A DNA stretch of 63,313 nucleotides, the filler included, from Klebsormidium nitens (lineage: Eukaryota; Plantae; Klebsormidiophyceae): the NCBI GenBank assembly GCA_000708835.1. It is 7 parts of 7 records of this genome, joined end to end, with 100 filler letters (N's around TTAATTAATTAA, not from the genome) between each part and the next. Parts side by side here need not be neighbours in the genome. Positions count along the whole stretch, not along the records: positions 56,858 to 63,313 come from DF237548.1; 6 more parts are not named here. The stretch is one strand, 5' to 3'. The notes under the pieces are model-generated. The model searched no databases. It was not told where the DNA came from and saw only the letters and a program-made list of their open reading frames with translations. Shown piece after piece: positions 58,643 to 63,313 of this stretch. Every line of letters begins with the position of its first letter. Position 1 is the stretch's first letter. Made by a program: the position numbers and the translations under genes.

Positions 58643-58675
58643 TACGTCAGAATGACGTCAGAACGAGTGACGTCA
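58643..58675. promoter_or_regulatory. Cluster of ACGT-core bZIP (CRE/C-box-like) palindromes between gag and pol
   Basis: TACGTCA at 58643, and TGACGTCA at 58653 and 58668. Confidence 0.4.
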
Positions 58676-59184
58676 TTCAAAAGTCTGTAGAGGAGAGGAG
58701 AATTAAAACCAGAACCATAGGAGAGAGGAAAAACCCTCCAGACACAAATGGCTTAGACAAATCGGTTTAGAAGACAATTGTAAATACCAAGGATCTAAAT
58801 CTGGCTTGTAAAGTGCGAGAGTATCCACGTTTGTACAAATTCCTTGTCCAACAAAACGGGATGCAGAACCGAACGGATCCGATTGAGTGCTTCGATGTCA
58901 TGTTATATATGATGGTTCTGAGTTTTCATTTGAATTCCCGACAGAGATACGCGAGGAGGTTGTCTGGGCGAACCGACTCCGAAGAGACCCCGGCAGATGA
59001 GCCCGCGCGACACCACGGAACCTGCAAAACCCAGCACACCCTCTGCACCACTAACGTGGGAAGGAGAAGGAGCAAAAAAGGGCGGGGTGGAGGAGCCGAG
59101 AAGAGGAGAGGCGATTAGGCGTGTCGAAGAAAACGAATGTGATCCGTCGGAAGAGCAAACAGAGGGTGAGGTGGTCTCTACGTC

Positions 59185-61542
59185 GTGTCTGCTTGTCGAG
59201 TCGGAAGCGAACCGCAGAATCCGGAAGCTGGGCCGGAAACGGAAGAGTCAGGAGACCCGGAATCGGATCAAATAAACCCTGATGCCGATCCCCTAACTCA
59301 GAACCAGAGTGTCTGGTCTAGCGAAGGTTGGGAAAAGGAAATGAAAGGAATTGAAGCTAGACCGGTGAATGCCCCAGATCCAATTGTCCAAGCAAACAGA
59401 ATCCGCGAAGTGCTGAAAGCAATGGAGACAGAACCCAATGAACCAACACCGGAATCAGTAGCTGAGTCCCTGAATCTGATCAAGAAGCTTCAATCCGTTA
59501 TTCCCGACCACGAAAATTTCGTAGTCAGCAGCTTCCAATCCTTCTTCCCAGCTTGGAACGAACTACTACAGAGCTCGGGTAGGAAGTCAGCCAGGTCGGT
59601 CCTAAGCTGGCTCAAAAACGGGTTTAGACCTAGGTTTGAAGAAACCCGGAACGCAAAACCCGACAAGTTGAAAGTCGTGAAAGCTATGCTAGCAAAGACG
59701 GTAGGAGAGCGAAGAGTAGGCGAGTACTTGGCTGGAAAGACGCCTCACAGGATTGAATTTCCAAATCATCGCTCCTTCTATAAGCGGTGGGAATTCTCTG
59801 AATCCGAGATCCGAAAAAACCTCAAGTCCGGTGCGATCGGCATCTGGCCGCCGGATGCTGAGCCGCCTGAAGTGATCAGTCCAATGGGCGTAGTGGAATC
59901 AGCTGGCAAGGAAAGACTGATCTGCAACAATAGGTACGTGAACGTGTTTCTCGAACAAATCCCGTTCGAATACGAGAAAAACAGAGACATTCTCACGTTC
60001 ACGCGGCAGGGCTTTTACATGGCGACAGCAGACCTAAAGTCTGGATACTTCCATGTGCCAATCCATCCGGCATACTGGAAGTATTTTGCTTTCAAAGTTG
60101 GCGGCAAAACCTTTTTCTACAAAGTCCTGTGCTTCGGGTTTGCCCAAGCGTGCTACGTGTTCACCAAAATTATGAGAGAGCCAATATTGGAACTCCGAGC
60201 CAGGAAGATTCCGATGTCAGGTTACATTGACGATTCGTTCACCGCAGCCGAAACATTCGGAAGGGCTTTGCGTCAGATCCTGTTCATCGTGCTCCTGATG
60301 GGAGCGCTGGGGGCTCATTTCGGAATTCCAAAGTGTCAGCTGGAGCCGGTTCTCCTTCTAAAGTGGCTCGGTTTTCTGGTTGACTCGGAGCGGACGGAGT
60401 TCAGACTTGGGAAGAACAGACTCGAGAAACTAAAGGAGGCGCTCAAGGAAATGACCGAGAGTCCGTCCACCACTCCGTGCAAGCTGGCCAGGATGGCAGG
60501 TCTCCTAACGTCCGCGGCGCCGGCAGTCCTGCCGGTGGCGCTCTACAGCCGGTCTTTCTACGGAGCGCTGAGCGGAAAGGAAACGTGGGACGAACTTTTT
60601 CCGACTCCTTCAGCGGTGGCGGAAACCGCGGCGTTCTGGTTGAACAACCTGGACGAGTGGAACGGACGAAGGTGGTGGCCGCGGCCGGCCGCGGTGCGCG
60701 CTCAGGTGGACGCTTCAGAGGTCGGGTTTGGGGGTTGGGCAGAACTACCCGACGGAAGAAAACTAGAAGTGGGGGGAACCTTTACGAAGGGGCAAGCGGG
60801 AGCGTCGAGCGCAGAAAGGGAGGTCATCGGTTATGCGAAGATGATGGAGGTGATAACCGAGAAGGTGCCGAGCGCGGTTACGGAAAAGGCGGTTATCCTA
60901 ACCGGGGACAGCCAAGCCGGGTTAGCTGCCGTCGGGCGTTTCCGCAGCTCAGTTCCGTTGATACGTTCCGCCCTCAAACGAGTCCTGGAGCTGTGCGCCA
61001 AATTCCGTTTCGATTTGGTGACGCGATGGGTACCCCGGGAGGAACTCGCGGAAGCGGACGCTCTCTCCAGGGAACCGGACGCCTCTGATTGGGGCATTTC
61101 CCCGAGCGTCTTCCAGAAGGTGACGGAGTACTTCAAGGTCAAGTCGACGATCGACCTGTTCGCCTCAGACGTCTTTCACGTCACACGACGTTTCGTCTCG
61201 AAGTACTTCACTCCGGGTTGCACTCGAGTGCACGCTTTGGCGCAAGACTGGAGGGAGTTAATTCCAGAAGGCGAGTGTGCATGGATTTTCCCACCAGTCG
61301 GGATCACTACGCAAGTGCTGCAACGCGTCGCCGACTTTCAGATCAACGCATTGATATGCGTTTCAGCGCCGAGGGGATCGTTGGCAGAGAATCAGATCCG
61401 GGAGTTTGGTAGTGCAAAAGTAGAAGGGATCTATAAGATCCCAAGGTTGGCGGATAGCTGCACGGCCAGTCTAAGAGTGCCAAGCAAAGCTCTTAATCCT
61501 GCATTCTTAGGCTTAGAAGTGCTTTACGTTAACTGGAGATAG
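59185..61542 (+). CDS. DIRS-type pol: RT, RNase H and Dam-like adenine methyltransferase-like domain
   Basis: RT: ADLKSGYFH, LCFGF, YIDD, WLGF. RNase H: VDAS, AEREV, GDSQ, ADALSR. MT-like: IDLFAS...AWIFPP. The true start is uncertain. Confidence 0.93.
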   Translation: MSACRVGSEPQNPEAGPETEESGDPESDQINPDADPLTQNQSVWSSEGWEKEMKGIEARPVNAPDPIVQANRIREVLKAMETEPNEPTPESVAESLNLIKKLQSVIPDHENFVVSSFQSFFPAWNELLQSSGRKSARSVLSWLKNGFRPRFEETRNAKPDKLKVVKAMLAKTVGERRVGEYLAGKTPHRIEFPNHRSFYKRWEFSESEIRKNLKSGAIGIWPPDAEPPEVISPMGVVESAGKERLICNNRYVNVFLEQIPFEYEKNRDILTFTRQGFYMATADLKSGYFHVPIHPAYWKYFAFKVGGKTFFYKVLCFGFAQACYVFTKIMREPILELRARKIPMSGYIDDSFTAAETFGRALRQILFIVLLMGALGAHFGIPKCQLEPVLLLKWLGFLVDSERTEFRLGKNRLEKLKEALKEMTESPSTTPCKLARMAGLLTSAAPAVLPVALYSRSFYGALSGKETWDELFPTPSAVAETAAFWLNNLDEWNGRRWWPRPAAVRAQVDASEVGFGGWAELPDGRKLEVGGTFTKGQAGASSAEREVIGYAKMMEVITEKVPSAVTEKAVILTGDSQAGLAAVGRFRSSVPLIRSALKRVLELCAKFRFDLVTRWVPREELAEADALSREPDASDWGISPSVFQKVTEYFKVKSTIDLFASDVFHVTRRFVSKYFTPGCTRVHALAQDWRELIPEGECAWIFPPVGITTQVLQRVADFQINALICVSAPRGSLAENQIREFGSAKVEGIYKIPRLADSCTASLRVPSKALNPAFLGLEVLYVNWR

Positions 61543-61810
61543 CATTCCGAAAACGCCTGGCTTATGCGCGTTGCGAATTCTAAGCGACGAACCGGGCAGC
61601 AAATTCTTCTTGAAACGACAGACTCGAAATCAAAGCATGATGCAACAGAGTATTTGCATAACCGCAATCAATTGTGTAACTATATACGCCTATGTCCATG
61701 GAATTTGAAGTGATCATGCATGAGCCATTGAGGAAGATAAAGTCTTGATTGAAACGCTCATTGGATGCTAAGGAACTTTACAAGAATTATGTAGATTCTG
61801 TAACAAAGTA

Positions 61811-63005
61811 CTAATGTCGGGCTCCGGATCTACGTGGGAATTCTGATTCTATCTCCTCTATGTATAAACGGAACGCTGCATAACTAGCCCACCGACCACG
61901 CTGCATTAATTTCGCCACGTCGTAACCTTCTATCGAAGCAGCGTGCTGCACAGCTGAACGCCTGAAGCTGTGCAGCGTTTCACCCTCGAAAAGCCCTGCG
62001 TCCTTCAGGCATTTCTGAATCCGTCGCCTCATCGTTCCGCTGCTCATCGGCTCCGCTTTGAACCCGTTTTTTCCTTTCGTTCAGAGGACGGAAGAGGAAA
62101 CCTGTGCCGATCGGATCTCCGACTTGCTCGCACGCAACGACTAGTCGAGCAGCTGCACGCAGAAATCCTGTTCCGACCGCGATCTCCGCACTAGGCTCTT
62201 GATGAATCGTTTTGCTCCAACCTGCGCGGACTATGCCATCGTCGAAGCCGACTTGACGATACTCCAAGGTACCGCACTCCTTTCCCCGACTCCAAGACTC
62301 CCACAAATAATGCACGATGGACAAATCAGTCAACATACTGCACATTGGAATCCCATACGCACACGCCAGCCGACTTTCCAACCAGTCCACGAGATCCTGA
62401 ACCTTGGACTCCTTGAAAACGACCGCCCTTTTTTCGCGCACGCCCTTGTCGTGCAGCATATTTCGGTAGCCGTCCCGGTAGTTCCGTACTGCCTCTGACT
62501 GGGTGGGATTATTCTCCCCTTGCCGACCCAACATGCTAAAGCTCTTATTCAAATGACAGATGATGTTCTTTATCGCCGAAGCGGAAGCCGTTTTGCACCC
62601 GTCCCCTCCCACAACGGTACGACACGCCTCCCTGTGACGAGGTAGCCAGTACCCGTGCAGAAAAGCCAGTACATCTAGATCGATAATCTCCTCTAAACCC
62701 TTACCGATGAACCCGCAGAACTCTCGAAATTCTTGCCAAGTCTTCTGACGACTCTCTTCGAATGCGCTGCTTATGCTCCGATTCGCTACAGATGCAGCAC
62801 CCTGTAAGGCCTCAGCATAAAATGCACGTACTGCATTCTCATCCACGCCAGACTGACCACCAAGGTCTTCTTCAACACCCCGAGCACGTTTCCAAGTTGC
62901 ACGGGCAAAGCTCTCTGGACCCCTGCAATAGCAAAGCACTCCTTTGCCCGCCATACTTTTGGGCAAGTTCTTTTGGGTCCGGCCCAAAATTTTATGATCG
63001 ACCAT
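61811..63005 (-). CDS. Tyrosine recombinase, split by a 1-nt frameshift in an A6 run (62067-62072)
   Basis: Catalytic set SRGKE (R), HSFRR (H-x-x-R), GRW (W) and RLYI (Y). Removing one A joins ORFs 61980-63005 and 61811-62047. Confidence 0.9.
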
Positions 63006-63313
63006 CAGCAGCAGCGCAAGCAGTGCATATGTTTTACACGAGACTCTAGTCGATAGAGCTCCTTAGTTTTCAGCTAAGGGAATACTTTTCAGAGCCGTCG
63101 ATTTGTGCCACGTGAACATCGACCGCAATGCTCGATCTAAACTCGACTCGACTTTAAGCTCAAAAGAGAGAGAAGGAACTTCGTATTTCAGCATTCGGAG
63201 TTTGAGCTGAAAGGAGTTTCAGAAGAGCTTTTTGGGGCGCTGGACACCATGCAATTTGCGCGATCCCACCCACCCACCCAAAACATACAAGTATACACTA
63301 TCTTACACACTCA

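Larger units (their letters stand above)
56858..63005 (+). mobile_element. Tyrosine-recombinase (DIRS/PAT-like) retrotransposon: gag-like (+), RT-RNase H-methyltransferase-like (+), YR (-); ends not identified
   Basis: See the component ORFs. The pol and YR genes converge across 61543-61810. Confidence 0.9.

Noticed and set aside
62066-62072. AAAAAAC as a programmed -1 frameshift heptamer
   Set aside because: The shift required to restore the YR is +1, not -1.

Overview
Eukaryotic, intron-containing, transposon-rich scaffold segment. GC-rich exons, GT-AG introns and the mix of tyrosine-recombinase and copia elements resemble a green/streptophyte alga such as Klebsormidium; this is an inference, not checked. 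It has eight assembly gaps, six of them 100-bp placeholders (44 N + TTAATTAATTAA + 44 N). From left to right: a decayed DIRS-like pol; a possible KDZ-type transposase fragment; copia debris; an orphan ORF; four diverged tandem copies of a dead ~2.3-kb coding module (15.9-24.0 kb); an apparently intact Ty1/copia element; a gap-bounded, intronless, giant-virus-like three-gene block (ARSK-tailed orphan, EsV-1-7-repeat nuclease, SET protein); a 4-exon RRM/zinc-ribbon gene; ankyrin and Sel1 pseudogene pieces; a 12-exon squalene synthase gene; and a tyrosine-recombinase retrotransposon whose YR gene is inverted. The two most unusual signals are (1) repeated partial 'echoes' of exon edges, including their splice sites, stacked in the introns and 5' region of two unrelated host genes, some diverging mostly at synonymous sites, and (2) the viral-type block with a tandem Cys-repeat nuclease and a possible histone H3-tail mimic beside a SET gene. 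No rRNA, tRNA or CRISPR array was seen. All alignments were done by eye.
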